In this document: positions 11,841 to 24,812 of the stretch, in pieces
Numbering within the stretch: position 1 is the first letter of the stretch
How the letters are laid out: each line of letters opens with the position of its first letter
NCBI GenBank assembly: GCA_951406725.2
Contig: OX597817.1
Span: 115,692,001 to 115,756,000, forward strand
Direction of reading: 5' to 3'
DNA: 64,000 nt
DNA from: Octopus vulgaris
Lineage: Eukaryota
Position numbers and translations under genes: made by a program
Notes under the pieces: generated by a model
Told to the model about the DNA's origin: nothing
Seen by the model: only the letters and a program-made list of their open reading frames with translations
The model's database searches: none

Positions 11841-11962
<122 letters not shown>

Positions 11963-11971
11963 ATATATATC

Positions 11972-12021
11972 TATACTTTATTTAAAGCAGCAGAAAATTC
12001 AACAAAACCTGTCACTCTGAG
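11972..12021 (-). mobile_element. 50-bp PLE tail fragment of the same family as 1036-1110, embedded in (TA)n
   Basis: Reverse complement ACTCAGAGTGACAGGTTTTGTTGAATTTTCTGCTGCTTTAAATAAAGTATA aligns with ACTCTGGGTAACAGGTTTTGTTATATTTCTGCTAACTTTAAATAAAGTATA at 1060-1110. Confidence 0.8.
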
Positions 12022-12036
12022 TATATATAAATATAC

Positions 12037-12138
<102 letters not shown>

Positions 12139-13701
12139 ATATCTATATATATATATATATATAATCAAAATAAGAAATAAGGATATCCAGAGGATATCAG
12201 AGAACATCCGAAGTAACAAAGTACTAACTCACACTCTCCTTAAGTAAATACTCTGTGACAAGATAAAATAATGGCAAATGAGCTGGCATGTGATAGTAAG
12301 TGATTGACAGAATCCCTGAGGACCACGTACCATAGACTTTTCACCATCATCTACCGACTTCGCAACATCATCTATCACATACTCTGTTTTTAGTCATTAA
12401 ATTCTTATACACAAAATGTCTACTTGCACCCACCCTGTTTATTACTTCAACATGACAGTATTATCACCTCCGCCAATTGCGACCAACAACTTCTTGGCTG
12501 TCGAGGTAAAACTTACTTTAAAAATATTATGCTTTTTAGCACAAGATGAAGCCAGCTGTTTTTATTCAATCTTTTACTGTTTTACAAAGGTAGTACACAT
12601 AATACTACAATATGCAATGCCTGCATGCTATTTGTGCGACTCATGGGCGATTAATTTGGAAGGATTTCTTACATATCAAAAGACATGGTAAAATCATTTC
12701 ATTGGGGTGTTTTGCACTGCAGTATTTTACTGCAAGAATACACCGTAATTATGATTTTTTATTCTTATATACATGGTATTGTCTATTTTATGCAATAAAT
12801 AAAATAATTTACTTTAATAGAAGTAAATTATTCTGTTTTCCTCTCAATAACTGGAAGACAAGAAAACTACTTCAAATTAATATAGCTAATTTAAAACTGC
12901 AATACTTTCACATAATCTGAAATTAAAATAATCTAAAGTATAATTTAGCCATTTAATTTTTCTATGGAAAATTTCCAGAGCACGTAAAAATATCAAACAT
13001 TATCTTATATTCCAATAAAGACACATTGAATGTTTAAATAATAATCATTTGCTTGACGCTCGGTTCTAGAATTACAATTTCATTTAAACTATCACAGCTG
13101 TTTCATTCACTCTAAATGTCGACATTCCCAATCATCGCTTTTTTTATTAAAAATTTATAGAAACGAACAGCTCTCATGACATTTAGAGACACTTCTTCGA
13201 TAGTGTGATAGATGTAGCTTGTGTTTAGTTTAAATCTATGTTTTAAACATTCGTGTATACTTACATACACACATAATCATATATGCACGCGTACATTCTG
13301 GAAGAAAATAGTTCCAAATGCGGTATTCCTGAGGTATTAAAAAGTGGATGATTTCTCGTAGTAAGGGACTATGAGTGCTAGACGCAGAATTATTGATGAG
13401 AAAGCGCAATGATATGTAAAGTGGGGGTCAGTGAAAAGTGTTTCTATAAAGCTGGTATATGTTATAGGTGAAGACGCTGTCAATTAGACAAAAAGTAAAC
13501 AGGCATTACTGAGATTTCAAGTTATTTGGTATGTAAACCTTTGCGAATTAGCTGACTGTTTTTAATTCGGTTCATAACCGTTGTAAAGTTATTATTGTTA
13601 TAAAATACATCAGCGCCCGTATCATTTCAACTTGCTGAAGACGATCAAATGATGTGATCTGTTTTGTGGACGAAGTTTTGTGGTGAAATACCTGTAAAAA
13701 T

Positions 13702-13967
13702 GCCAGAGAGCCAGCAGTGTCTTTAGCGTGCTGGACGAAATGTTTAGCGGCATTTCGTCCATCTGCACGATCGGATTTCAAATTTCGCCGAGGTCGACTT
13801 TGCTTATCATTCTTTCGGGATCGATAAATGTATGGATGAAGAAATTTTAGCTCTAACCTCCCCATTCTTATAAACACCAAGTAGCTATTTACTAGTGAAA
13901 CACTGGGACTGATGTAATCGACTAGTACTCTCCCCCAAAATATCAAGCCTTGTGCTTCTAGTAGAAA
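13702..13967 (+). mobile_element. SINE family A copy with a ~50-bp internal insertion
   Basis: GAAATGTTTAGCGGCATTTCGTC..TTCAAATTTCGCCGAGGTCGACTTTGCTTATCATTCTTTCGGGATCGATAAA..GATGTAATCGAC. Confidence 0.8.
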
Positions 13968-14584
13968 TGATATCATACATGGGAAATTGCTATACAATAT
14001 TATCTAAAATGCTTAACACTAACATTCCTAGCAACTTTAATGATGGACTTGTATAGGAAGAAAGTAACACAAGGCAACATCCTTCAATTTATAGCATTTG
14101 TGATTTTGTGATGCTGAAGTGCACTAAACATCCCATTTAAGGATGTTTACAAGGCCTGCGTTCTTCTAGTTATGTACGGTTTATGTTCGTTACCTAGATT
14201 GCTTGTGAGTGAGACTTATTTACAACATGGTAACGAAGTGGGAAGTATTACACATTTGCAAGTACAATATGAGTGTTTGTTGTCAGAGTATCAATAATAC
14301 ATAATTACTATCCAGTACAAACATTAATAGTTTTGGAGAATAAGCTCAACCAGTGCTAATATTTAAACACGATGTAGTATATCTCAGTTCTCCATTACTA
14401 AACACTACAACGGAATAGTGCGAGTAAAATTTCGATGAAATGGTTGTCGGGATAGTGTAGACATTTAAATTATATTATTGAAATCGGTGTTACCTATTTT
14501 GTGATATAAGGCAGATTTAGCTGATATTTCTACCAAATCGAGTGAATCCGTTGAGGCATAATCTTTGGTTACACAGGCGGTTAC

Positions 14585-14755
14585 GCGCAGGTATGACTGT
14601 GTTGTAAGAAGCTTGCTTCCCAAACATATGGTACCAGATTCAGGCCTATTGCTTGATGCCCTGGCAAGTGTCTTCAACTCTAGCCTCGGACCGATCAGAC
14701 CAATGACTTGTGAGTAGATTGAGTAGACGAAAACGGAAAGAAACCCGTCGTATAC
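14585..14755 (+). mobile_element. SINE family B (tRNA-like head), 5' part
   Basis: GCGCAGG..GTAAGAAGCTTGCTTCCCAA..GGCAAGTGTCTTC..TAGCCTCGG..GTAGACGAAAAC; homologous to the minus copies at 54225, 54932 and 57412. Confidence 0.75.
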
Positions 14756-16378
14756 ATACTCACACATACACATGCACACGCACCCCCACCCACGCACACT
14801 CACACACACACATATATGAACCGCTTTATGTGTATAAATCTTGTATATAAATGTACCGTGCACATAAGGGGAAGGGCCGTATGTTTACACTAGGAAAGAC
14901 GGCTGCTTCATTTAAGAAATATTATCGCAACCATTTCGCCAGCTTCAAGAGAATCAATAAGACATTCAACATCTTTAGCCGATTGTGTATAGCAACTGAA
15001 ACAAGTAAAATTATATGAAACAAATACAAAGAGTGATTTACTTCAGAAACACTTGTCAATGCCAAAATGATAAAGAATTTCCTGAAATGTTAATTAAAAG
15101 TATTGCTTTTCACCCATTTTCTGAAGTGGGTATCTGCATTTCTCCACCCAAAATCCAGGTTGTTTGCTTTTTGCACATATTCCTGAATAGCTTGGTGACT
15201 TATAGACCAAATTTCCTATTAATTCATTAACGGATTGTTTTGTTTATAATGCACTCAACAATTCTTGATCTATTTTCATGCAGTATTTAGATACAGTATC
15301 TCACCGTTCAAGTATCTTGAACAAAAATACTTTGTTACGTATAATAATTTTCACTGCATTATAGGAAGATATCTATGTTTAAAGTGCGCTGACTACCTAG
15401 GAGAAAATGAAAGAAATAGAAATGTTTCATTCACATAATCTTGTTCCTTTATTCGAAAATGTCATCTTAGTTCGTTTTGCTCTCAGTGGGTTAACCAAAC
15501 CGATTTTCACTGTTCAGAAAACGAGTAAATCAAATTGCTGAGTGATAAGGCTTAGCCATAACAAGCTTATATTACACAGATGTTAAATGGATATGAAGAC
15601 AACTACATATATGTTATAGATTGCGCATATTGCTAAACAACTAGAAATAAATAGAAATGTTAATGAAAAGAAAAATACCAAGTAAAATATACGCTTGCGA
15701 CAAAATTTCTCTTGGCGATAGAAATGGAAATTAGCATCTTGTTCCCGTACATTACATTTGGTTGTTATTTTTTGGGGCACTTTCATCTTGTTATTTCTAT
15801 TTCCTTTCGACAAGCAGTCAAAAGTACTTATTCTGAGACAATTTTCTGATTCTATCACACGGTTGCTTGACACCAGACACTTGTGTAGTATTTTGAACAC
15901 TACACAAATCCTTCCGTTTCTCTGACATAAAACTAGTCACTATTGCTGAAATTACATTTTTCTTCGCTAACAGTTGTTACTAGAAAATTTGAAATGTGTC
16001 GTTTTGAAAGTAAAAATCAATTCTTTCTCTCTTTCTGGTTCTTCTAAATACCATACTTTACATCAGAAACAAAATACATTTCAATGATGAACATGCATAA
16101 CTGATTTCTTTGAATTTGCTCTTACCTTCTCTCTTCTTTGGTTATGCGATTATAATCAAAACACCTAGTTTGATATAAAAGCGATAAAATCAATGACTAA
16201 CGACGTCTACAGCTGCATATGTCTGGCTCATTTGCACTTTTAACCTGTTATCTAAATGTTCAAATTCAAAACCTATCATTAAATTTAGTTACGTATGTAT
16301 CAATTTGACATTGTAAATGGGATGAACACACGCCCTCAGATAATTTTTGAAAAAAACTTTGATATATATATATGCGTG

Positions 16379-16471
<93 letters not shown>

Positions 16472-17233
16472 GTATGTATGCATATATGTATGTATGTATG
16501 TGTGTGTGTGCACATATACAAGCATACAGAGACACACACACATGCATCTGTACATAACAAAAAATTAAGTACGCGTTCATAGTTATTTTGATGGCATATG
16601 TAACGATAAACACGCATACATATACATGTACGTACGTATTCGCTTACATATATACCCAGTTACATGTATATATTAAAGCACACACGCGGACACACAAACC
16701 CATCCACACAGAAACACAGAGTCACAAACACGTATATATGAATAAAAGCAGCTGAAAATGAATGCAACCTATATTTTATCTCTATATATATTTTTACATT
16801 GACTGTTTTTAAGAATCTATGTGACCATAGTGGAACTAACTGGGTTCCATCTAATTAAATGTACAGTATAGAAATCAATATTGCTTTAATTACAACGCAG
16901 TAGTTTTTGCTGTTTTAAATGTTTTAATGATAATAAAACTTTAGATTACACTTTGAAATAAAGTAATATTTAATCGTTGGTTTACACTGGCAGTCGTTCC
17001 TATAGATACGATTAACAGTGTAGAGTAAGTAAGATTACCAGTGCGTTGTTCGAATGCATAGGTATTACGTAGTATGAAGTATGTTAACGAATGACTTCTT
17101 GTATATAAATGTTTAAAATATATACTGCATTTCTGAACAATATTTCCCAGTTCAGTTAACCAATTAAACATTTTATTTAAAACTTGGTAGGGAACTTTAT
17201 GAGTTATGTCGCAAGATTCAGCACCACAATACG

Positions 17234-17234
17234 A

Positions 17235-17280
<46 letters not shown>

Positions 17281-17299
17281 GTTGTTGTTGTTGTTGTTG

Positions 17300-17366
<67 letters not shown>
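17234..17366. repeat. (ATT)n/(GTT)n compound microsatellite
   Basis: Directly visible. Confidence 0.97.
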
Positions 17367-17371
<5 letters not shown>

Positions 17372-17650
17372 TACCTTTTGAGCAAGATGGGTTACTCGAC
17401 CAGAAGAAAGTTGGGCCCCACCTGCAAGGTCATGTGCTGTTTATCTTCATATGAGATCACCTTGTCGCGCACATATGGTTGTGATGCATGTGCCTAGTGT
17501 ACCCTTATCAGGCAGGTAATCATGGTGGGTACAGTGGGCTTCGTATATTTTACCCCAGTATCACTTTGATGGCATGCACTGCTCTCTCACCCAATAATGA
17601 TAATAATAATAATAATAATAATCATAATAATAATAATAATAATAATAATA
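17367..17650 (+). mobile_element. Probable non-LTR retrotransposon 3' UTR with (TAA)n tail
   Basis: About 225 bp of higher-GC sequence ending GCACTGCTCTCTCACCC and running into (AAT)n. No ORF, so the clade is not assigned. Confidence 0.5.
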
Positions 17651-18250
17651 ACCTTTTCTACTAAACTTGATCTATGTTGGTGTACAACAGAGCAGTTAAA
17701 CAAAAGATTTAATGGACACAGCTATGACGCCAGGCAAAATAACAGTAATTCGACAGAATTTGCTGAACATTTTGCATTAAACGGTTGCAATTTTGAAAAA
17801 GACTTGAAAGTGTATATTCTCAGAAAGTATTTTGAATCTGCTACAATTTCAGTAGTCAGAATGCATGAGCAGAAATATGTTTGCGACTTATTAACATCAC
17901 GCCATGGAGGAATGAATAAAATGACAGGATGATTTCATTATATCTACACAAAATTGTTTGATTAAATATTCTTTTTCTTTTCTTTGTTCTTTCATTTTTA
18001 TTTTTATTTTCTCTTTTTTTCTTTCTTGTAAACTTGAAATTTGAAAACTGATGCTATTCGACGCTCGTTGCTCTCGTTCATATTTTGGATTACAATTTTT
18101 ATAATTTGGAATTTTTATCACTTTTCACTGTGAACTCCACAAAGACACAGTAGCTGTCGAAATATCGTTCAACAAATAATATTTCTATTGCAATTGCATT
18201 TCTCTCTTCATATTGACTATTTACCTTTGTGAAGTTACGTCAATCCTTTT
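17651..18250 (+). mobile_element. Penelope-like GIY-YIG endonuclease C-terminus and 3' UTR
   Basis: ORF 17597..17932 after the poly-I reads TTEQLNKRFNGHSYD..TEFAEHF..DLKVYIL..RMHEQKYVCDLLT...GGMN, matching the PLE EN pattern (R..H, AEHF, E..I..L.T..P.GLN). A decayed hammerhead-like motif lies at 18131-18171. Flanked by (TAA)n on both sides. Confidence 0.85.
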
Positions 18251-18276
18251 ATAATAATAATGTTAATAATAATAAC

Positions 18277-18317
<41 letters not shown>

Positions 18318-18357
18318 TAAAAATTAAAATAATAATAATAATAATAATAAAAATTAA

Positions 18358-18424
<67 letters not shown>
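18251..18424. repeat. (AAT)n microsatellite
   Basis: Directly visible. Confidence 0.97.
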
Positions 18425-18427
<3 letters not shown>

Positions 18428-18689
18428 TATTTTGCATTAGCTTTGATTTATATAACCTTCACACAAGCCTCAACTAGAGACGTCAAGAGACGACAAGATT
18501 TTGTGTCTAATGACGGTAATAGGTGAGGTGTCATACAACTGAAAAGCGGACGTCTGTGAGTAAAAACAAATCGCTTTTATAAAATTTATAACATTGCAGG
18601 AATAATAACTGCATTTGCACGAAGAGAAATTTACGTAAAATATGTGAGGATCTTTTATTTTGAGGCAGCTAGAAGTCGGTTTATATATT

Positions 18690-19100
18690 CTATTTGCTGT
18701 TTTGAATATTATTGCAGGTGCTCAAATGAGATTAGGTTATGTTGCTCTGAGATACCAGATTCTTCTAATTCCTAATTTTTTAATTCTAAGTTATTGTATT
18801 TGCTCAATTTTGAGAGGTGGTTTTGACATCTAGGGATGCAAATGACAAAGGTTTTCACTATGTTGCTCTTAAAATGATATATGGTCGGTAGTCTGCATCT
18901 CCCAATGAGTCTGGACACTAAAATTACATAGCATGCTAAGATCAGCATTCTGGGATAAGGTGTAGTGGTTTGTGTTCCCGTCCGTTATATTTAGGAATGT
19001 AATTGTATGTGCTCATATTGACCAGTGTGCTAGGTGCATTCCAGGTTTTGAGACATTGTTTTTGATGAGGCGTTTATATCTTTCCTACATTATTGTAATG
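18690..19100 (-). mobile_element. Highly decayed R4/Dong-like RLE LINE fragment
   Basis: Minus-strand remnants EHKP, NFSVQT, RPYII and SKLSKYNNLEL resemble the RLE-domain region. Confidence 0.45.
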
Positions 19101-19199
19101 TTAGTACATCTTTATCATACATCTACTAATGTGACCTTTATTCCAAATGGAAGGAGACAGATGTAACAACACTTTGAATACACCCACCAAACCCTGCTT

Positions 19200-20280
19200 G
19201 TCACGTCAAACTAGTCACCAGAACGCAGTCGGAACTTGAAGACAATTTTGAAGCTCACGATGCACTAAAGTTTTGTGTTAAACAGAGCAGAAGAGCTATA
19301 GGATCTTATTAAATGTTATAGATTGCTTATAAATAAACTTTTATGGATCGAGCATCCGGTTTTCGCTGGCACAAGGATGGCAGAGAGGAGGTAAGAGAGG
19401 TTCAGAGATATAGGAGCGAGAGGGAGAAAATTGCCCCTTTTCTGCATGAAGACCGTTGTGTACATATATAGCCAATAAGCATACCATTTGAATTTGGTGT
19501 GGCAACTGTACATGGAGTTATTAATAAATATTTGAACATGCTCAAACTTTGTGCACTGTTTGCTCTCGGCGAACAGAAGGGAAGATCTTTAGTGACAGCA
19601 GGAAAATAGCTTGAGCTTATCACCTCCAATCCAAGAGTATTTGAGCCACTTGTGACCTGTGGCGAAAGCAAGCTGGATCTACTGTTATAATCCAAATATA
19701 AAAGACAAAGTGTCCAATGGAAGGACTTTGGCTCCCCTAGACCTAAGAAGGCCAAACAAAGAAAGTCCACCGAGAAGCTCCCGATGATTCTCTTTTTGGA
19801 CAGCAAGAGCATCAGCTACATCCATTGGGATCCCCCCTTACTAGACTGTCAACAAAGAATACTTTATAGACTTTGTGGAACTTTTGAGGGGTTTCGGGAA
19901 GATATATCATCGCAAAGGCTTGCGCTGTTCTTCTCGGGTTGGTGACACCTGCACCAAGACAATATACCAGTCTACAACTCAATCCTAATAACCAACTAAA
20001 TGACACAAATAGGCATCAAAACTTACTTCATCGTCCCTACTGTTAGGACCTTCCTGCCTGGGCAGTTTTGAAGACGTTGTGATGAAGGAAACTGTGACAA
20101 GTGTTGTGGACACCTTCTCTTTGGAGGACGTTTATAGGGATTTCACGATGTAGTTATGGTACTACAAGAAGTGCAGTTTTAGATAAGGACACATTTTCTA
20201 ACAGTATTGGTCCATCTGACTATATTTCCCGAAGAAATATTGCATTATTCGTAACACACGAGAACTTTTTGGTATCTTCC
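19200..20280 (+). mobile_element. Decayed mariner transposon
   Basis: LKFCVK..MDRASGFRWHK, LVTCGES-WIYCYNP..KRQSVQWK..GSPRPKKAKQRKS..MILFLD, HQDN and HRPYC*DL. Many stops and frameshifts. Confidence 0.85.
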
Positions 20281-20323
20281 AGAACCAGCTTTAACAACCA
20301 TTCCTTTGCTTGTTGCAGGTAGA

Positions 20324-20338
20324 TATTATTATTATTAA

Positions 20339-20408
<70 letters not shown>

Positions 20409-20420
20409 TTATTATTATTA

Positions 20421-20502
<82 letters not shown>

Positions 20503-20542
20503 CATTATTATTATTATTATTATTATTAATATTATTCCTGTC

Positions 20543-20574
<32 letters not shown>

Positions 20575-20678
20575 CATTATTATTATTATTATTGTTGTTG
20601 TTGTTGTTGTCGTTATTATTATTATTATTATTATTGTTGTTGTTGTTGTTATCGTTATTATTACTATTATTATTATTA
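20324..20678. repeat. Long (ATT)n/(GTT)n microsatellite
   Basis: Directly visible; source of the poly-I/poly-L ORF. Confidence 0.97.
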
Positions 20679-20679
20679 A

Positions 20680-20885
20680 GGCGGCAAGCTGACAGAATCG
20701 CCGGGCAAAATGCTTAGCGGTATATCGTCCGGCTTTACGTTAAATTATGAGTTCAAATTATGTCGAATTCGACTTTGCCTTCGATCTTTTCGTGGTCGAT
20801 AAAATAAGTACTGGTCAAATATTGGGTCGATTTAATCGACTATTCTCTTCACCCTAATTTCAGACCTGTGCCTATAGTAGAAAGT
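20680..20885 (+). mobile_element. SINE family A copy
   Basis: GGCGGCAAGCTGACAGAATCG..CGACTTTGCCTTCGATCTTTTCGTGGTCGATAAAATAAGTAC. Confidence 0.85.
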
Positions 20886-22050
20886 ATTATTATTATTATT
20901 TGATGAAAACTTAGCTTATTTTTCTGGGTATGAAAGAAAGTGTCAGCTGTCCACAGCCAGCAGACTAAGGTGACATTTATTTACAGATGAGGCTTCGACA
21001 ACACTGTGGAGAATTCTTGAAGTTTCAAGGAACGCTGATTTCTTTACGTGTTCTATATTTACATTCATACCAATTCTTTGAACGACGTTGGCAGTTGAGT
21101 GATGACACTTCCAAGCGCATCAATAACTACTGGTATCACGTCCACTCTCTTCATTACCCACAACCAGCGCATTTCCCCGCGTCAGTCGATCATAATTGTT
21201 CAGTTTTTCTTCTTTCTCCTCGATCCTGTTGGCACCAAGACATCCTATGTCGATTACCAGGCATATTTTTTTTTCTTTTCTGTTCACTACAGCAATTTTA
21301 GCTTCCCGATGTCTAATCAAATGGTCACAATCTAACATTGCGTCCCGCAGAATCAGGATTTTCTAATCGTTATTCTCAGTAACTCCCTCTGGGATTTGGT
21401 CATACTACACCTTTGATCATTCAAGGCCATTGTTTCCACAAAGCTGCCAATAAATCATTCATGCCACATTGTCATGTCGTCTTTTGTATTTGTACGTTGT
21501 GCAAATTACTGGCATTCACTAACAATGTGCCATACATTCTGCATTCGTCGCTCTCAGTTGTGTTATCAATTCTGCATTTCACATAATTTGATCTCAATGC
21601 TCGTGCTGCCATACATATAAATGCTTGTTTCTACCTTCAGGTCACTCTTCCACATAACTACAGGCCGTCTCTATCTTTCTTGGAGCTCGTATCTTTTCTT
21701 AGTGTTCTTTAAATTTCACACTCTTAACACAATTATCAATTTCATGCAGGACTTCACGTATATCATCAACAGTTCCATGACATTTATACAGACCACCAAA
21801 GCTGTTTCCTCTACTTTAAGATAATCCTGACAACTGATCATACCTCTTCTACCCTTCATTCTGGACAAGTTCAAACTATCAGTGTCACTCTTGGGGTGTA
21901 ACACTCTACGTACCGTCAACAGTTTGCGTGACTCGTACCCATACGCATCAATACTTTCTTTTGCCTATTTATGATTCCTGTTCCATACGAAAATGATGAT
22001 ATCGCCTGTGTTGTTATTGCTTGGGGTTTTTATTCCATCCAGTCAATTTT
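20886..22050 (-). mobile_element. R4/Dong-clade non-LTR retrotransposon, 5'-truncated
   Basis: LHPKSDTDSLNLSRMKGRRGMIS (post-RT), KRRHDNVA, CDHLIRHR..IAVVNRKEKKICLVIDI..EKLNNYDRL (RLE), EHVKKSAFLETSRIL. 3' UTR ends in a (TAA)n tail at 20886-20900. Confidence 0.88.
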
Positions 22051-22109
22051 GAGCGCTTCTACGTGCTTTCCCTGGACTACTATATGCTCTGGCTTCCTTC
22101 GGTGGCTTC

Positions 22110-22400
22110 AAAGTGCTTCATGTAGAGACTACGTAGAGCCTATCAATACTATTTCCTCTATGTTATACATATTCGTAAGTCCTGATGTTTGAGATATGTA
22201 TTTGGCTGTAGGATTTTTTTAACCATGCCTAATGCACCTGGTATTACAATGATTGTTTCTGTTTCTAGGTTTCACATTCAGGTTATCTCTATTTCCATAT
22301 CTTTTTATTTTGAGAGTTTATCTGCTTCTTTTAGAGAAACATTGCCATGAGTGGGGATTCCGATGCCGATTAGAAGGCATTATTTTTTTATGGATTGTAG
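22110..22400 (-). mobile_element. Second, distinct R4/Dong-like RLE C-terminus
   Basis: NVSLKEADKLSK*KDMEIEIT..ETETIIVIPGALGMVKK..GLTNMYNIEEIVLIGS. Confidence 0.75.
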
Positions 22401-22404
22401 CTAA

Positions 22405-22606
<202 letters not shown>

Positions 22607-23100
22607 TAAAAATTCCTAGTGTGCCCAACTATTTGAAATCATCGTTATTATTATTATTAATAACAGTATAATGATTAAAGTTGTTGCCAATGCCCAATAT
22701 TTATGCGACAAATTGCTGAAGGTTGTTGCATGACTCTTGGTATGCTGACACAATATTCTATAAAAGAGGAGTGTGTGAGTGTGTGTGTGTGCGCGTGCGC
22801 CTCTGTGTGTGTGTGTGTATGTAAAATCTGGTAAATCAATGGAAATTAGGGCGGTTATACGGCAAAATCGCTAGAGAGTTGGGAAACGTTTTTGTTCTGG
22901 CTTTGTTCAAAACAAAATGCAGGGCATATTCATCACGTTATAATTAATTTCTTCGAACTTGTAATACATGTAAAGCAGTCAAAAATGGTCTAAAGGTCTA
23001 TAGTATAGACGCAGGGAGCAAATGAAAGAACCTGCGGATGCTGGTTTGAAAAATTTAAACGTGCAGAATTTCAATTTGATTTATGAAAGAATGAACTACT

Positions 23101-23132
<32 letters not shown>

Positions 23133-23505
23133 TATAGATAGATAGATAGATATAGAGAGAGATAGAGAGGGAGAAAGAAGGACAGGGAAAGTGACTGAGT
23201 GAGAGAGAGAGAAAGAGAGATATTTCATGGAAGTTAATGTAAAACCTTACGGTAATTCATAATAATTTAAAGGAAACGAGAAATGTTACAAACTGAGGAA
23301 AATAAGTTCTTTAAGCACTTACAGCAGCAAATTGTCACAAATATTTGACTGCTGTTAATCGCTACATAGACATAACCGACAATAATCATTTTAAGAACCG
23401 GTTTATGACTGGAGAAAAAATTGCATTCTATACAGCATAATTAAGATCTGCAGACAGAGACTATTCACAAATTAAAATGCCATATTACATCCATAAGGAG
23501 GATAT

Positions 23506-24040
23506 CACCTGGATCACCTAGATCGGCCAGACTGTCTGGTGCCGTGTCGGCTCCGCTGGCCACAGCTTTCGCCCCATTTCCCTACCACCCTCGCCAATCT
23601 CCTACGCATTGTTCCAAACATATTTCTTAAAACAAATTCCCTCCTAACAGGAGGTCTTCCGAGTTGTCTCTTTCCTTTGAGCGAGTACAATTCGACAACT
23701 GCACGGGCCCACCGATTGTCTGTGAACCTTGTGACTGAACCGGCCCATTGCAGCTTTGCGTGGTGGATCTTGCGAAGGATAAGAGAAGGATGTGCTGAAG
23801 ACGGGCCTAGACAAGGCAACTCGCACCAATCTCTTTAACAGCACAGTCTTGCCAGCAAGGCTATACTCAAGTAAAACTAGGGCCTTGACAAAGAGAGAAC
23901 AACAGCATCTGCTTACAGTGCAGAGAGCCATTGAAAGGTCGATGCTGGGAATCTCGCTAAGAGATCACAGACAGAACTAGGAGATCAGGGATAGAACTGG
24001 AGTGAAGGATGTCGTCGCAGAATGCCAACTCGCGAAAAAT
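23506..24040 (-). mobile_element. RTE LINE 3' fragment with 5' inversion and 8-bp TSD
   Basis: Minus 23514-~23765 reads AKLQWAGSVTRFTDNRW..GKRQLGRPP with a repeated GATC(T/C)AGGT tail. Plus ~23778-24040 reads LFNSTVLPARLYSSKT..QRAIERSMLGISLRDH..EIRDRTGVKDVV. GAGGATAT at 23498-23505 and 24041-24048. Confidence 0.9.
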
Positions 24041-24486
24041 GAGGATATACACGAGTAAATTTTACTGCCTGGTGGAATAAAAAGAAATTATTCATTCCAG
24101 TAAACTAAGAGTCAATGGTAGCAATCGCTTCTGATGTCAGTTGTCATTTACTTGACTACTTCGGAGAGAAAATGTCTTGCTTTATTAAGTTGCAGATACA
24201 CTCGTCTATTTTTCATAAAATGTTCGAATTCACACTGAGCAATTCACTAGCAAATGTTCCTTAATAAGTTTCATGGGGTAAAATGGCATACCTATGATAT
24301 TTTCAAAACCTTGTACCATGAGATTATCACTTTTTTTTCCAAATCTTAGCACAAAAGATTTCGACGGGAAAAAGTATTGCCGGCAGCATATATTTAATTC
24401 AAAACCGAATGAAGTTTTGAGATCAGGCATTACAAAGGACAGAACTGGTGGAAAAAACCAACTTGTGAAATATTTCTTTCTCTTTT

Positions 24487-24622
<136 letters not shown>

Positions 24623-24729
24623 GTAACATATAATTTATCCTATACAAGACAGTGCTATTGAAGCTTATAGCCCCAGCGAAATATCTCTTCCAGCTGGCTA
24701 ACGAAAAGTGATAAACGGCTATGTAGAGC

Positions 24730-24812
24730 GTGGCGAAATTTGAACGTGAAACTGGAAGAAATACCGCTAGGCATTTTGGCCGGCGTGCTAACGATTCTGG
24801 CAGCTCGTCGCC
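24730..24812 (-). mobile_element. SINE family A head fragment
   Basis: Reverse complement reads GGCGACGAGCTGCCAGAATCGTTAGCACGCCGGCCAAAATGCCTAGCGGTATTTC. Confidence 0.75.

Noticed and set aside
12326-12360. CTGAGGA as a hammerhead core
   Set aside because: No downstream stem II and GAAA.
13572-14863. ORFs of 141 and 132 aa
   Set aside because: They are antisense read-throughs of SINE copies and low-complexity sequence.
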